Positions 44,966 to 56,331 of a stretch of DNA of 64,000 nt are shown piece by piece; position 1 is the first letter of the stretch; each line of letters begins with the position of its first letter. The stretch comes from Gemmatimonadales bacterium (GTDB taxonomy: Bacteria; Gemmatimonadota; Gemmatimonadetes; Gemmatimonadales; GWC2-71-9). A model generated the notes under the pieces. It had not been told where the DNA came from, did not search any database, and was given only the letters and a program-made list of their open reading frames with translations. Position numbers and translations under genes: made by a program. The stretch spans positions 1,418-65,417 of the forward strand of contig JBDTTA010000001.1 of NCBI GenBank assembly GCA_039930845.1, in the 5' to 3' direction.

Positions 44966-47185
44966 GTGAAACTCGGCCTGGCCGCACTCCTGCTCCTCGC
45001 TCCATTCGCGATCGCAGCAGGTCAACGCCCCGCCGATCGTATCGCGCTCGACAGGCTGCACGATTCTCTCCGCGCATTGACTCCATTCGACACCGCCGCT
45101 CTCCGCACCGAATACCGGACCCTTTCCGGTCACGCCCCGTCGATTCGGGCTCCCCTCACGACGCTTCAATCGGGGCTCGTCGCCCTCCGTCTCGGTGAGC
45201 TCGGCGCGGACGCCGATTTCGGGGAAGCGCTGGCCTCGCTCCGAAGGGCAACGAGGCTCGAGTCGGACTGGCCCGCTCCGTGGTACCTGCTCGGTGTGGC
45301 CGCATCGCGGCGCGCCGCGTGGGAACAGGCGGACCCGCTTGCGCTCGGAAACCGCGTCGGCGTCGGGACGCTCGAGCACGCGGCGGAGTACTATGCAAAG
45401 GCCCTGTCAGCCGACCCGGGATACGCGCGCGCCGCCATTGCCCTCGGCGGCCTGGTCCTCTCGCTGCACGACACGGCCCTGTACGCCGGCGCGCTCAACG
45501 CCCTGCGTCGCGCCGGGCGAGCGGGGCGATCTCCCGACGTGCTCCTCGCATTGGGGCGGGTCGAACGGGCGGCGGGCGAATCCGATTCCGCCATCGCCGC
45601 CTTCGAGGCGGCACGAGCCGCCAGGGGACCGGGGGCGCTCGAGTTGCTGGAGATCGCGCGGACACGGCTGGCCTCGGGCCAGCCTGAAGGTCCATCGGCC
45701 TACTTTGAGGGCGCGTCGGCCGACGACTCCGCGGCGGTCGCGGAATACCGGGCCGACCTCACCCCGATCGCGACCGAATCCGAGCTGGCGGAGTTCGACG
45801 CATCGCTCGGGGCGGCACGAGCGGACTTTCTCAGACACTTCTGGCTCGAGCGCGATCGCGCGGAGCTGAGAGGCGAGGGAGAGCGGCTGCAGGAGCACTA
45901 TCGCCGCCTGTCGTATGCCCGGAGAAACTTCGCGCTCACGCTGAGCCGCCGGTTCTACGGATCGGCCGATGCGTATCGGTCGGGCAGCACCGAGCTGGAC
46001 GACCGCGGCGTCATCTACGTGCGGCACGGCGATCCGGCGGAGCGCCTGCATCCGTTCGTGTTCGGGCTCATGCCCAACGAAACGTGGCGGTACGACCGCG
46101 CCGACGGCGATCTCCTCTTTCACTTCTCCTCGGGCTCGGACGAGAACGGCGGGGGGGACCTGTACGACTACCGACTCGTGGAGAGCGTGCTCGATCTCCA
46201 CGGAGCGTCGGACGCGCCGGTGGATCAGCTCCTTCTGTCCCGGCAGTCGCTCTCGCCGGTGTACGGCAGGATGCTCAACTGGGGTCACTACGGCGCGGGG
46301 CGCTCCCGCGCGAGAGAGCGCGGCATCGGCCAGGCCAGCATCGCGTTCGGGACCACCACCGACAGCTATGAGCTGCAATTTGCCCACCGATTATCGGTGG
46401 CGGCAAACCTCATCGCGATCGGCCGCGAGGCGGGCCGACCGATCGGCCACTTCGTATTTGCCCTCGCATCGCCGGACAGCGCGCCGCCCCTGCGTGGGGG
46501 CGGGAGTTATGCTGTTCGGGTGCGTCTCGCGGTCATCGATGGCGCGGGCCAGGCCTTTGCCACGGTGGACACTGTTGTCGCCGTGCGGGCACCGGCCAGA
46601 CTCGAGCCGGGGCAGTACCTGCTCGGGCGGGCGCAACTGCCGCTGCCACCCGGCACCTGGGACTGGCGGGCGGCGGTACAGATCGGCGAAGACGCCGGCG
46701 CTGTGCTTCCACGCGATACAGTCCGCGTGGCGGCGGCAGGAGGGCGCCTTTCCCTCGGCGACCTCGCGCTCGGCGTAGTCGGCGCGAGCGCCATCTGGCT
46801 GCCGAGTCCGGTGGACACCGCCTACATGACGCCGTTCGGGATCGTACGCGAGGGAAGCGAGCTCGAGCTCTATTACGAGGCGACGGGCGCTTCTCCCGCC
46901 GCCAGGTACGCGCACGAGATCGCCGTGTACCGGCTGAAGGGAGAGCCGGCGGTGGCCGAGCGTCGGCCGGTGGTGCGGGTAGGTTTCTCGGAGGCTGCGG
47001 GTGATTCGGTGATCCGCGCACGACGCACGCTGCAGCTCCAGCGGCTCAAGCCCGGGCGGTACCTGGTGGAAGTCCGGGTCTCGGGCCCCGACGGCCTCAG
47101 CGACGCTCGCCGCCGCGAGATCATGGTCATTCCCATTCGATCGTTGCGGGCGGCTTCGAGCTCACGTCGTACACCACCCGATTGA
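44966..47185 (+). CDS. Secreted TPR-like / GWxTD-family-like protein
   Basis: 739 aa. Signal peptide [19 protein letters not shown]. Central segment [23 protein letters not shown]......PNETWRY resembles the GWxTD domain with a degenerate first motif. Family call is from memory only. Confidence 0.45.
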   Translation: MKLGLAALLLLAPFAIAAGQRPADRIALDRLHDSLRALTPFDTAALRTEYRTLSGHAPSIRAPLTTLQSGLVALRLGELGADADFGEALASLRRATRLESDWPAPWYLLGVAASRRAAWEQADPLALGNRVGVGTLEHAAEYYAKALSADPGYARAAIALGGLVLSLHDTALYAGALNALRRAGRAGRSPDVLLALGRVERAAGESDSAIAAFEAARAARGPGALELLEIARTRLASGQPEGPSAYFEGASADDSAAVAEYRADLTPIATESELAEFDASLGAARADFLRHFWLERDRAELRGEGERLQEHYRRLSYARRNFALTLSRRFYGSADAYRSGSTELDDRGVIYVRHGDPAERLHPFVFGLMPNETWRYDRADGDLLFHFSSGSDENGGGDLYDYRLVESVLDLHGASDAPVDQLLLSRQSLSPVYGRMLNWGHYGAGRSRARERGIGQASIAFGTTTDSYELQFAHRLSVAANLIAIGREAGRPIGHFVFALASPDSAPPLRGGGSYAVRVRLAVIDGAGQAFATVDTVVAVRAPARLEPGQYLLGRAQLPLPPGTWDWRAAVQIGEDAGAVLPRDTVRVAAAGGRLSLGDLALGVVGASAIWLPSPVDTAYMTPFGIVREGSELELYYEATGASPAARYAHEIAVYRLKGEPAVAERRPVVRVGFSEAAGDSVIRARRTLQLQRLKPGRYLVEVRVSGPDGLSDARRREIMVIPIRSLRAASSSRRTPPD

Positions 47186-48683
47186 CTCCATCCACCTCAT
47201 TGGCGATACGGTTGGAAATTCCTGCCAGCACCTCCGCCGGAAAGGGGAACCAGTCAGCCGTCATCCCATCACGGCTGGTGACCGCTCGGAGTGCGAGCAC
47301 CTGGTCATAGCTTCGGAAGTCTCCCTGCACTCCCACCGATCTGATGGGGAGCAGCACGGAGAATGCCTGCCAGATCTCGTCGTACAGCCCCGCCGCGCGG
47401 ATCTCCTCGATGTAGATGTGGTCGGCAAGACGGAGAATTTCGAGAGCGGGGCGCGTCACCTCTCCCAGTATCCTGATGGCGAGCCCCGGCCCCGGAAACG
47501 GATGGCGGCCCACCATCTCCTCGGGTAATCCGAGCTCCCGACCCACCTGTCGCACTTCGTCCTTGAACAGCTCGCGCAACGGCTCCAGCAGCGCGAACGG
47601 CAGCCGCTCGGGCAGTCCACCCACATTGTGATGGGTCTTGATGGTCACCGACGGTCCACCGCGCGGCGACAGCGATTCGATCACATCGGGATAGAGCGTC
47701 CCCTGTACCAGGAATCGGACGTCGCTGCCCACCGACTTCGCTTCCTGTTCGAACACCTCGATGAAGGTGTGGCCGATCCGCCTGCGCTTTTCCTCGGGGT
47801 CGGAGACGCCGGCCAGCCGCTCGAGGAACAGGTCCGACGCATCGACGACACGCAGATCGATGCCGAGGTGACGGCGGAAGGTGGTTTCCACCTGCTCGCG
47901 CTCATGGAGCCGAAGGAGTCCGTGATCCACGAAAATGCAGGTGAGCCGGTCGCCGACGGCGCGGTGTACGAGCACGGCGGCCACCGATGAGTCCACTCCG
48001 CCGGACAGCCCGCAGATGACGCGCCCCTCGGGGCCCACCAGCTCATGCACGCGGGCAATCTCGCTTTCGACGAAATGCGAGGGGGTCCAGTCCGGGACGC
48101 AGTGGCAGACCTCGAACAGGAAATTCGAGATGATCTCGCGCCCCCGCGGCGTGTGAGCCACCTCGGGATGGAATTGCACCCCGAAGAGGGGGCGCTCGCG
48201 ATGCTCGAAGGCCGCGATCGGAGAGTTGTCACTCGACGCGGTGACGTTGTACCCTGGCGGCGGCACGTCGACGTGATCGCCGTGACTCATCCAGACCGGC
48301 GTCTCCTCTCCCTCCCCGAAGCCCTCGAACAGCCTGCCACCGAGGACGGTGACACTGGCGCGGCCGTACTCTCGGCGCGACGCGGGGGTCACATGCCCGC
48401 CGGACAGGTGCGCGAGGAGCTGCATCCCGTAGCAGAGGCCAAGGACGGGTGTGCCGAGCTCGAGGAGCTCGGGGTCGGCGGTTGGCACGCTCTCGCCGTA
48501 GACCGAGGCGGGGCCGCCGGAGAGGATGATGCCGCGCGGGTTCCACGCGCGGATCCACTCGATCGTGCGTGACGGGGGATGGATCTCGCAGTAGACGTGC
48601 GCCTCACGCACCCGCCGCGCAATCAGCTGCGTGTACTGGGAGCCGAAGTCGACGATCAGGATGCCGTCATGATGCTGGGCCAT
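47127..48683 (-). CDS. guaA: GMP synthase (glutamine-hydrolysing)
   Basis: Internal ATG 48683: [22 protein letters not shown]......LGLCYGMQL (Cys)...[10 protein letters not shown] (P-loop)...ends TIEWE. Confidence 0.95.
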   Translation of the reverse strand: MAQHHDGILIVDFGSQYTQLIARRVREAHVYCEIHPPSRTIEWIRAWNPRGIILSGGPASVYGESVPTADPELLELGTPVLGLCYGMQLLAHLSGGHVTPASRREYGRASVTVLGGRLFEGFGEGEETPVWMSHGDHVDVPPPGYNVTASSDNSPIAAFEHRERPLFGVQFHPEVAHTPRGREIISNFLFEVCHCVPDWTPSHFVESEIARVHELVGPEGRVICGLSGGVDSSVAAVLVHRAVGDRLTCIFVDHGLLRLHEREQVETTFRRHLGIDLRVVDASDLFLERLAGVSDPEEKRRRIGHTFIEVFEQEAKSVGSDVRFLVQGTLYPDVIESLSPRGGPSVTIKTHHNVGGLPERLPFALLEPLRELFKDEVRQVGRELGLPEEMVGRHPFPGPGLAIRILGEVTRPALEILRLADHIYIEEIRAAGLYDEIWQAFSVLLPIRSVGVQGDFRSYDQVLALRAVTSRDGMTADWFPFPAEVLAGISNRIANEVDGVNRVVYDVSSKPPATIEWE

Positions 48684-48691
48684 GGATTCGC

Positions 48692-49987
48692 TCAGGGGTT
48701 CAGGCGCTCGTGGCGATAGAGGTCCTCGATGGTCTCGCGCGGGCGCGCGATCCACCAGGAGTCGCCGTCCACGACCACCTCCGCGGGTCGCGGGCGGGAA
48801 TTGTAATTGGACGCCATGACGAAGCCGTACGCACCCGCGCCGAGCACCGCGAGCCGCTCGCCCGGCCCGACATCGGGGAGCGACCGATCGAGCGCCAGGA
48901 AGTCTCCCGTCTCACAGACCGGGCCGACGACGTCCACCCGGATCGGCGGGCGTCCCCGCTCGTCGACCTCCACGATTTCGTGGTACGCCTGGTAGTGGCT
49001 GGGCCGGACCAGGTCGTTCATTCCCGCGTCCACGACCACGAATTCCTTCCCGCCCGAGTGCTTGCGATAGAGCACCTCGGTGAGCAGTACACCGGCCCCG
49101 CCCACCAGAAATCGGCCCGGCTCGAGATAGACGGTATAGCCGGTCGGCGCGAGCAGCGGCACGACTGCCTCCGCGAACCGCCGCGAGTCCATCGAGCGCT
49201 CGTCGCCGTAGCGGATGCCGAGCCCGCCGCCGATGTCGAGCACCTTCAGCGTGGTCGTCCCGCGGGCGCGAAGACTGCCGGCCAGCTCCAGCAATCGGGC
49301 GATGCCTTGCTGGAACGGTGCGGTATCCACGAGCTGGCTGCCGAGGTGCATGGCGAGGGTCGTCAATTCGAGCCTGGGGTGGGCCGCGATCAGGCTCGCG
49401 GCGCCCGCCACCTGGTCGATCGGCACGCCGAACTTGATGCCGCTCTTGCCGGTGGAGATGTAGGGGTGGGTTTCGGTCGTCACGTCGGGATTCACCCTGA
49501 TGCCCACCGACACGGACCGGCGCTCGTCGGCTGCGATGGTGGCAAGACGATCGAGCTCCTCGCGGGATTCGACGTTGAGGTGGCCGAGCCCCGCGCGGAC
49601 GCCGGCGCGGAGCTCATCAGGAGACTTGCCGACTCCGCTGAAGACGATGCTGGAAGGCTCGAAGCCGGCGGCGAGCACGCGAGACAGCTCGCCCCCCGAG
49701 ACGATGTCGGCGCCGGCGCCGAGATCGCGAAGAATCCGGAGCACCGCGAGAGTGCTGTTGGCTTTGACGGCAAAGCAGATTCGGTGCGGAATCGCGGCAA
49801 GGGCCCCGTCGAGCTCGCGATACTTCTCGCGGATGGCGGCCGCGTTATACACGTAGACCGGTGTGCCCACCCGGTCCGCGATATCGGCCAGGAGCACGCC
49901 TCCGAGCCGCAAGCCGCGCCCGTCACGGCGGAGGCCCGCGTCGGCGAAGAGCCCGGCGACGCCGCCGCTCAGTACGCCTTGGCCCAC
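48692..49987 (-). CDS. lysA: Diaminopimelate decarboxylase
   Basis: 431 aa: TPVYVY......Y........CFAVKANS (PLP Lys)...DIGGGLGI...EPGR......CE.GD. Confidence 0.9.
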   Translation of the reverse strand: MGQGVLSGGVAGLFADAGLRRDGRGLRLGGVLLADIADRVGTPVYVYNAAAIREKYRELDGALAAIPHRICFAVKANSTLAVLRILRDLGAGADIVSGGELSRVLAAGFEPSSIVFSGVGKSPDELRAGVRAGLGHLNVESREELDRLATIAADERRSVSVGIRVNPDVTTETHPYISTGKSGIKFGVPIDQVAGAASLIAAHPRLELTTLAMHLGSQLVDTAPFQQGIARLLELAGSLRARGTTTLKVLDIGGGLGIRYGDERSMDSRRFAEAVVPLLAPTGYTVYLEPGRFLVGGAGVLLTEVLYRKHSGGKEFVVVDAGMNDLVRPSHYQAYHEIVEVDERGRPPIRVDVVGPVCETGDFLALDRSLPDVGPGERLAVLGAGAYGFVMASNYNSRPRPAEVVVDGDSWWIARPRETIEDLYRHERLNP

Positions 49988-51417
49988 ACCGCCTCAGCGA
50001 CGCTGGGGCGGCCGCACCACATGCAGATCGTCGGCGGCACCGGCGAGCGGAACTCCTCGTCGGGAAGGACCCGGATCGTTGCCTTGGTCTGCTCCTTGAT
50101 CTCGGCTTCGCACGAGGCCAGTCCGCAGAACCCCGCGTAGACAAATCCCCCGTCGCCGTCGATGTGCGCGAGGAACTGTGCCCTGGTAGCGCCGCGGATG
50201 CTCGCGGCCTCGCGTCGTGCGCGCGCAGTCTCGAGCAGATCGGACTGCATCCGCTCCGCGATTTCCAGAAGCCTGGTGGACAACCCGATCATCGGCAGCG
50301 ATTCCTTCTTGCCGCCGGTCCGGCGCGCGAGCACCACCGTGCCCGATGCGACGTCCCGGGGCCCGACTTCGAGACGGAGCGGGACGCCCCGGCCCTCCCA
50401 CTCGTAGTACTTGGCGCCCGGCTTCATCCCTTCACGGGCATCCACGTGCACCCGGATGCCGGCGGTCGCCAGCTCCTTCTTCAGCGTCTGTGCGACCTCG
50501 ACCACGGACGCGCGTTCATCGTCGGTGCGGTAGATCGGGACGATGACGACCTGGTACTGGGCGAGGCGCGGCGGGCAGACGAGGCCGGCGTCGTCCCCAT
50601 GCGTCATGATCAGCGCGCCGACCAGCCGGGTGGACACGCCCCACGATGTGTTCCACACGTGGTCGAGACCGCCCGCCGCCGTCTGGAAGGTGACCTCGAA
50701 GGCCCGGGCGAAATTCTGACCGAGGTTGTGGCTGGTGCCCGCCTGGAGCGCCTTGTTGTCCTGCATCAGCGCTTCGCAACTGTAGGTGCGCAGAGCGCCG
50801 GCAAAGCGCTCGCTATCGGTCTTCCGGCCGGTGATCACCGGCATCGCCATCCACTCCTCCATGAATGTGCGATACACGCCGAGCATCCGGAGGGTCTCCT
50901 CCTCCGCCTCCGACTCGGTGGCGTGGGCGGTATGCCCCTCCTGCCAGAGGAACTCGGTCGTCCGCAGGAAGAGGCGGGTGCGCATTTCCCAGCGGACGAC
51001 GTTGGCCCACTGGTTGATGAGAAGCGGCAGGTCCCGGTAGCTCTGGATCCACTTGGCGTACATCGCATAGATGATCGTCTCGGAGGTGGGCCGGACGACG
51101 AGCGGCTCATCGAGCAACTTGCCGCCGCCGTGGGTGACGACGGCCGTCTCCGGCGCGAACCCCTCGACGTGCTGCGCCTCGCGCGCGAGGAAGCTCTGGG
51201 GGATGAAGAGCGGGAAGTAGGCGTTCTGGTGGCCGGTGTCCTTGAACATCTGGTCAAGCGCACGCTGCATCTGCTCCCAGATAGCATAGCCGTTGGGACG
51301 GATGACCATGCAGCCCCGCACCGGGCTGTAGTCCGCCAGCTCGGCACGTGCGATCAACTCGTTGTACCAGGCGCTGAAGTCGGTTGCGCGGGGTGTAAGG
51401 GCCTTCACGTCGGCCAT
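49969..51417 (-). CDS. proS: Prolyl-tRNA synthetase, archaeal/eukaryote-like (short, no insertion editing domain)
   Basis: 482 aa: FS.WY.E......[20 protein letters not shown]...FRDE...C..CG and a C-terminal ...AKAY (terminal Tyr), typical of this ProRS architecture. Confidence 0.9.
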   Translation of the reverse strand: MADVKALTPRATDFSAWYNELIARAELADYSPVRGCMVIRPNGYAIWEQMQRALDQMFKDTGHQNAYFPLFIPQSFLAREAQHVEGFAPETAVVTHGGGKLLDEPLVVRPTSETIIYAMYAKWIQSYRDLPLLINQWANVVRWEMRTRLFLRTTEFLWQEGHTAHATESEAEEETLRMLGVYRTFMEEWMAMPVITGRKTDSERFAGALRTYSCEALMQDNKALQAGTSHNLGQNFARAFEVTFQTAAGGLDHVWNTSWGVSTRLVGALIMTHGDDAGLVCPPRLAQYQVVIVPIYRTDDERASVVEVAQTLKKELATAGIRVHVDAREGMKPGAKYYEWEGRGVPLRLEVGPRDVASGTVVLARRTGGKKESLPMIGLSTRLLEIAERMQSDLLETARARREAASIRGATRAQFLAHIDGDGGFVYAGFCGLASCEAEIKEQTKATIRVLPDEEFRSPVPPTICMWCGRPSVAEAVWAKAY

Positions 51418-51433
51418 CGGGGCTCCAGGGGGG

Positions 51434-52741
51434 CTATTGGCTACCAGCTATTGTCTGCCGTTGGTGCGCACGCAGTATCGCCACCACCCGCTCTCGCGCC
51501 ACGGCTTCCTGCGTGTTCTTCTCGAGGTCCCTCAGGACCACCTCGCCGCGCGCACGCTCGTCGGGGCCCACCACCACCGCCCACCGTGCATGCCGGGCGT
51601 TGGCCAGCTCCAGCTGCTTCCTCAACGGCTGAACGGCGAGCGCGTACTCGACCCCCAGGCCGGCATCGCGGAGCTCATGCGCCAGCGAGAGCACGTACGG
51701 GACGTCCTCCGCCGTCGCCCCGGCGATGAAGACGTCGATTGACGCCTCGAACGCCGGCACCACGCCGCGCTCGCGCAGCAGCTCCCCCAGAACGACGTCA
51801 CCCATCCCGAAGCCGAGCGCCGGCAGGTCGATCCCACCGAGCGACTCAAGGAGGTTGTCGTACCGGCCACCGCCGCAGATGGCGCGCAACGTCTTCCCCA
51901 CGTCGAACAGCTCGAAGACCGTCCCGGTGTAGTAGGCCAGCCCGCGCACGATGGTCAGGTCGAGATCGACGAAATCGGCGAGTCCCATCGCACCCAGCGC
52001 ATCGAGTACGGCCTGAAGCGGGGCCGCGTTCGGAGCGGCGGCGGGAAAGCGGCTCATGACGGCTTCGAGGGTGCTCAGATCCTTGAGCTCCTCGAGGGCC
52101 GCTATGCCACCGGACGTGGCCCCCGCTTCGCCGAGCGCCTGGATACGCGGAGCGTACTCCCGGCGGCCGGTCTTGTCGAGCGCCTGGTGCGCCAACGGTT
52201 CCCTGTCGCCCCCGAGGCCGATTTCCGTGAGGATCGCGGCGAGGAGCCGCCGATCGGAGACCCGGACGCGGACGTCGGTGGGGCCGAGCCCGAATGCGCG
52301 CATCACGTCGAGCGCGAGCGCCATGACTTCGGCGTCGCCGAGCGGGCCTGGCTCCCCGATGAGGTCGCAATTGAGCTGAAAATGCTCCCGGAGCCGCCCC
52401 CGCTGCTGGCGCTCGTAACGAAAGAGCTGGGGAATCGAAAACCAGCGGATCGGTTTCTTCAGGCCGTTGGCGCGCGCCGCCACCATCCGGGCCAGCGTCG
52501 GTGTCATCTCCGGGCGCAGGGCCACACGCCGCTCGCCCTTGTCCTCGAACTCGTAGAGCTGCCCCACGATTTCGTCTCCGCTCTTCGCCGTATACAGCTC
52601 GAGCGGCTCAAGCGGCGGCCCATCGTATTCCTCGAAGCCATACCTCGCGGCCACGGCCCGCCAGGTGCGGAAGATGTGGGAGCGGAGCGCGAGGTCGGCG
52701 GGGTAGAAATCACGAAAGCCCGGGAGGGCCTGGGTTTGCAT
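51434..52741 (-). CDS. hisS: Histidyl-tRNA synthetase
   Basis: 435 aa: LPGFRDFYP......YGF.E.D.P.LE...L......GDEIV.Q.Y.F.DKG.R...LRPE.T....R...GGGRYD.L. Confidence 0.9.
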   Translation of the reverse strand: MQTQALPGFRDFYPADLALRSHIFRTWRAVAARYGFEEYDGPPLEPLELYTAKSGDEIVGQLYEFEDKGERRVALRPEMTPTLARMVAARANGLKKPIRWFSIPQLFRYERQQRGRLREHFQLNCDLIGEPGPLGDAEVMALALDVMRAFGLGPTDVRVRVSDRRLLAAILTEIGLGGDREPLAHQALDKTGRREYAPRIQALGEAGATSGGIAALEELKDLSTLEAVMSRFPAAAPNAAPLQAVLDALGAMGLADFVDLDLTIVRGLAYYTGTVFELFDVGKTLRAICGGGRYDNLLESLGGIDLPALGFGMGDVVLGELLRERGVVPAFEASIDVFIAGATAEDVPYVLSLAHELRDAGLGVEYALAVQPLRKQLELANARHARWAVVVGPDERARGEVVLRDLEKNTQEAVARERVVAILRAHQRQTIAGSQ

Positions 52742-52756
52742 GGGGGGAAAATAGAC

Positions 52757-52791
52757 GGGGAACGGGGAACAGGGAACAGAGAACGGCGAAT
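52757..52791. repeat. Tandem heptamer repeat (GGGGAAC GGGGAAC AGGGAAC AGAGAAC, plus degenerate GGCGAAT)
   Basis: Four to five head-to-tail 7-nt units fill most of the 52-nt folC-hisS spacer. On the transcribed (minus) strand they read GTTCTCT GTTCCCT GTTCCCC GTTCCCC. Confidence 0.7.
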
Positions 52792-52793
52792 CC

Positions 52794-54104
52794 CTACACT
52801 TCCATCCCCAGCGCCGTCATCACGTCGCCCACCGTGTGGAACGATCCGGTGACCAGGACCGTCCCCGCACCCTCGGTCACCGTCTCGAGTGCCGCGCTGA
52901 AGTTCGGTTCCAGTGTCCACACCGAGCGCGCTGGCGGCCGGCCGCGGTCGCGGAGCCAGCGACGGAGCCAGCGGGTGTCCCATCCCCGCCCCGCGGCCGT
53001 CGGTGCCACGGTGAGCACGCCGCGGTCGATCACCCGGTCCAGCTCCACCAGCATCTCGGGCCACTCCTTGTCTCCCAGAATCGACACCAGTGCGTGCACC
53101 GGCCGCGGCGGCCGCATCGCCTCCAGCGAGGCGATGAGTGCCCGCATTCCGTCGGGGTTGTGGGCGACGTCGAAGAGCCACTTTCCCCTGCGGTCGAGTC
53201 GTCCCGCGACGCGGGCGCGACCGAAGCCCTCCTCGATCGCGTCGAGCGGCGGCCGATAGGGCTCGGGAAGCGCCATCAGAATGGCGTGGGCCACCCCGGC
53301 ATTCCGACGCTGATGCGGCCCCGCCAGCCTCAGCGGGCCGCTCCATTCGTACGCCGCCGGCAGGACCCGCACATCCGCCACCCCCGTCGAAGCAGCGGCG
53401 GCCACGGCCCGCCTGGCCTCGGCGCGAAGCACCTCCACCACGGCCGGATCCCTCTCGCCCACCACGAACGGCACACCCGGCTTGGCGATGCCTGCCTTCT
53501 CGCGAGCGATCAGTTCCAGCGTATCGCCCAGGTATTTCATGTGGTCCCATTCGATCTTGGTGACCGCGCTGACGAGGGGGCGGATGACATTGGTGCTGTC
53601 GAGCCGGCCGCCGAGTCCGACTTCGACGACGGCGATCTCGGCGCCGCGCGCGGCGAAGTCGGCAAAGGCGATAGCGGTAGTGATTTCGAAGAACGTCGCC
53701 CGGCGCCCGAGAATCGAGTCGTAGAGGCGGTCGGTCCACATCGCCACCGCATCTTCACTGATGGGAATGCCGTCGACCCGGATGCGCTCCCTGAACGAAA
53801 CGAGGTGTGGCGACGTGTAGAGACCGACCCGCCATCCCGCGGCCGCCAGCGCGGCCGCAACGAGCGCCGATACGCTTCCCTTCCCGTTGGTGCCTCCGAT
53901 GTGTACCGAAGGCATCAGTTGGTGGGGGTCGCCGATCTCCTTCAGCAGCAGGCGGGTGGTCGCCAGCCCGAACTTGATGGTCGTGGTCCGGGGAAAGAGA
54001 AACTCGAGAGCTTCGGCGTAGCTCAGTGGCATTCGACCCCGGCTTGAACGAAGACGCCCCACCCAAGCTGGCCGTGGGTGGGGCGCCGATCGCGAAGAGA
54101 ACAA
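52794..54104 (-). CDS. folC: Bifunctional folylpolyglutamate synthase / dihydrofolate synthase
   Basis: HIGGTNGKGS (P-loop)...LYTSPHLV.F.ERI. The start may be ATG 54032 (MPLSYAEALEFLF...) rather than 54104. Confidence 0.85.
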   Translation of the reverse strand: MFSSRSAPHPRPAWVGRLRSSRGRMPLSYAEALEFLFPRTTTIKFGLATTRLLLKEIGDPHQLMPSVHIGGTNGKGSVSALVAAALAAAGWRVGLYTSPHLVSFRERIRVDGIPISEDAVAMWTDRLYDSILGRRATFFEITTAIAFADFAARGAEIAVVEVGLGGRLDSTNVIRPLVSAVTKIEWDHMKYLGDTLELIAREKAGIAKPGVPFVVGERDPAVVEVLRAEARRAVAAAASTGVADVRVLPAAYEWSGPLRLAGPHQRRNAGVAHAILMALPEPYRPPLDAIEEGFGRARVAGRLDRRGKWLFDVAHNPDGMRALIASLEAMRPPRPVHALVSILGDKEWPEMLVELDRVIDRGVLTVAPTAAGRGWDTRWLRRWLRDRGRPPARSVWTLEPNFSAALETVTEGAGTVLVTGSFHTVGDVMTALGMEV

Positions 54105-54111
54105 TCAGGCG

Positions 54112-54987
54112 TCAGCTCTGCTCGGCCATCTCCACGTGGGGACGCTGCCCCTGCATGTGACGGAGCAGGCGGGCGGTGGTGTCCCGAAGTGAGGCCCGCG
54201 GGACGACGTCGTCTATCTGGCCGTGCTCGAGGAGGAACTCCGCCGTCTGGAACCCCTCGGGGAGATCCTGCCCGATCGTCTGCTTGATCACCCGCTGTCC
54301 CGCGAACCCGATCACCGCGCCCGGCTCGGCGAGGATCACGTCGCCCTGCATGGCGAACGAGGCCGAGACACCGCCGGTAGTCGGATCGGTGAGGATCGAG
54401 ATATACGGAATGGAGTCGCGGTGGAGCTGGGCGATGACGGCCGAGGTCTTGGCCATCTGCATCAGGGAGAGCACGCCCTCCTGCATCCGGGCGCCGCCGG
54501 AGGTGGAGACGATGACGAGCGGGACCTTCTTTTCGTGGGAGCGCCGCGCCAGTCGGGCGATCTTTTCGCCCACCACCGAACCCATCGACCCACCCATGAA
54601 CGTGAAATTCATTACGCCCAGATTGAACGGGAGCCCATCGAGCCGGGCGGTGCCGGTGATGATGGCGTCGGCCTCCCCACCCTTCTTCCGGGCCGCGATG
54701 AGGCGTTCCGCGTAGCTCTCGAAACCGAGGGGATCCACCGACCTCAGATTGGCGTAAAGCTCGCGCCAGGTACCGGGATCGGTGAGAAGCTCGACATACT
54801 CTTCGGCGCTGATGCGCCGGTGTCGCCCGCACTCGGGACAGACGTTGAGCGCCTTCTCGAACTTCTCTCGAATGTCGATATGGCCGCAGCCGTCGCACTT
54901 TTCCCACGCGTCAGGCGGAATTTCCAGCCGTTCGCGCTGCGACTTCCGAGGCTTCCGTTCTTTCTTAAACCATGCCATCACGGCCAT
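54112..54987 (-). CDS. accD: Acetyl-CoA carboxylase carboxyltransferase beta subunit
   Basis: N-terminal zinc ribbon W.KCDGCG......CPECG.H.R. Motif MGGSMGSVVGEK. Alternative start ATG 54978. Confidence 0.9.
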   Translation of the reverse strand: MAVMAWFKKERKPRKSQRERLEIPPDAWEKCDGCGHIDIREKFEKALNVCPECGRHRRISAEEYVELLTDPGTWRELYANLRSVDPLGFESYAERLIAARKKGGEADAIITGTARLDGLPFNLGVMNFTFMGGSMGSVVGEKIARLARRSHEKKVPLVIVSTSGGARMQEGVLSLMQMAKTSAVIAQLHRDSIPYISILTDPTTGGVSASFAMQGDVILAEPGAVIGFAGQRVIKQTIGQDLPEGFQTAEFLLEHGQIDDVVPRASLRDTTARLLRHMQGQRPHVEMAEQS

Positions 54988-55089
54988 AGGAGATGGGGAT
55001 CACCCGAAGAGGGAAGCAGTCGGCCAAGGGGACGCTGCAATTTCGGGTATTCGGCTCCGCGGCGCTAGGCCCCATACTGTAACCTCTTG

Positions 55090-56331
55090 CTATACATCAG
55101 GATAGCCTGACTGCCTGGAGTCCCACGCCACCCGGAGTGCCAGGCCAAGACAGGTCGAGCATATAATGAAGAAGGAGCCGCCGTACGAAAAAAATGGGAG
55201 TGGAATTCCCGTGATCGGCATCAAATTGACCGTCATGCCGACGTTTTCGAAGACGTGTGTGAAGAACAGACCGAGAATTCCGAAGGTGACCAGGCTGCTG
55301 AATGGATCGGTGGCCCGCCGGGCGATTCGCAGGAGCGCCATGAAGAGCATCAGGAAGAGCGTGAGCGCCACCAGCACTCCGACGAATCCCAGTTCCTCGC
55401 CCACGATGGGGAAGACGAAATCGGTATGCTGCTCCGGCAGGAAGGCCAGGCGCTTCTGGGGACCCTGGGTGTAGCCGGTGCCGAACCACCCGCCGGAGCC
55501 GATGGCCACGCGCGACTGAATGGCGTGATAGCCGGCGGCGCGCGGATCGGCCTCAGGGTTGAGAAACGTCAGGAGGCGGTTCTGCTGGTACGGGGCGAGT
55601 CGTCGCCAGAGTGGCAGCGCGATCGTCCCCATGGCGACGTTCAGGAACCAGATGAGCAGCGCATCGTAGATGTAGGGCCGCCAGATGACCAACAGCGCCG
55701 TCACCGCCACCATCCAGGCTCCCCATGCCCAGTTGTTGAAGGCGAGCAGCAGGCTGAGGCCAGGCGACGCGACCAGAAACAGCAGCCGCGCGGGAACACC
55801 AGCCCAGAAGAGCATCGCGAACGAGATCCCGATGAACACGATGGCGCTGCCAAGGTCGGGCTGTTTGAGCACCAGAAGGAACGGTACGCCGACGATGACC
55901 GCCGGGATGAGCAGGTCGCGGAGCGACCTCGGGGGCTCCTTCCGGCCCGCGAGATACCGGGCGAGCATGAGCACGGTGGCTACCTTGGCGAGCTCGGACG
56001 GCTGCCCGATCTGGTGGCCGCCAACCGAGAGCCAACTATGGCTGCTCTGGGCCGTTCCCGCACCGGTGCCCACGGCAAGCACCACGGCCAGCAGCAGCAG
56101 ACTGACGCCATAAAAGGCCGGCGCCAGCCACTCGAGCAGCCGAAGCGAGATGTGAAACACCGCCCAGCCCGCCACGATGCCGATACCAAACCAGAGAAAC
56201 TGCCGGTACCACGCGCCGGCGGCGTGGGTCGGGACGTCGGTTTGCCCCGCCGAGTAGAGTGTGAGGAGGCCGAAGACCATCAGGCAGCCGCTGACGATGA
56301 CCAATCGCCGGTCGAGCGTCGCCGATCTCAC
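55090..56331 (-). CDS. rodA: Rod shape-determining SEDS protein RodA (peptidoglycan glycosyltransferase)
   Basis: 413 aa, about 10 TM helices. FtsW/RodA/SpoVE motifs (QPSE.AK, TDFVF..VGEE.G, GIPLPF.SYGGS). Directly downstream of mrdA. Confidence 0.85.
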   Translation of the reverse strand: MRSATLDRRLVIVSGCLMVFGLLTLYSAGQTDVPTHAAGAWYRQFLWFGIGIVAGWAVFHISLRLLEWLAPAFYGVSLLLLAVVLAVGTGAGTAQSSHSWLSVGGHQIGQPSELAKVATVLMLARYLAGRKEPPRSLRDLLIPAVIVGVPFLLVLKQPDLGSAIVFIGISFAMLFWAGVPARLLFLVASPGLSLLLAFNNWAWGAWMVAVTALLVIWRPYIYDALLIWFLNVAMGTIALPLWRRLAPYQQNRLLTFLNPEADPRAAGYHAIQSRVAIGSGGWFGTGYTQGPQKRLAFLPEQHTDFVFPIVGEELGFVGVLVALTLFLMLFMALLRIARRATDPFSSLVTFGILGLFFTHVFENVGMTVNLMPITGIPLPFFSYGGSFFIICSTCLGLALRVAWDSRQSGYPDV

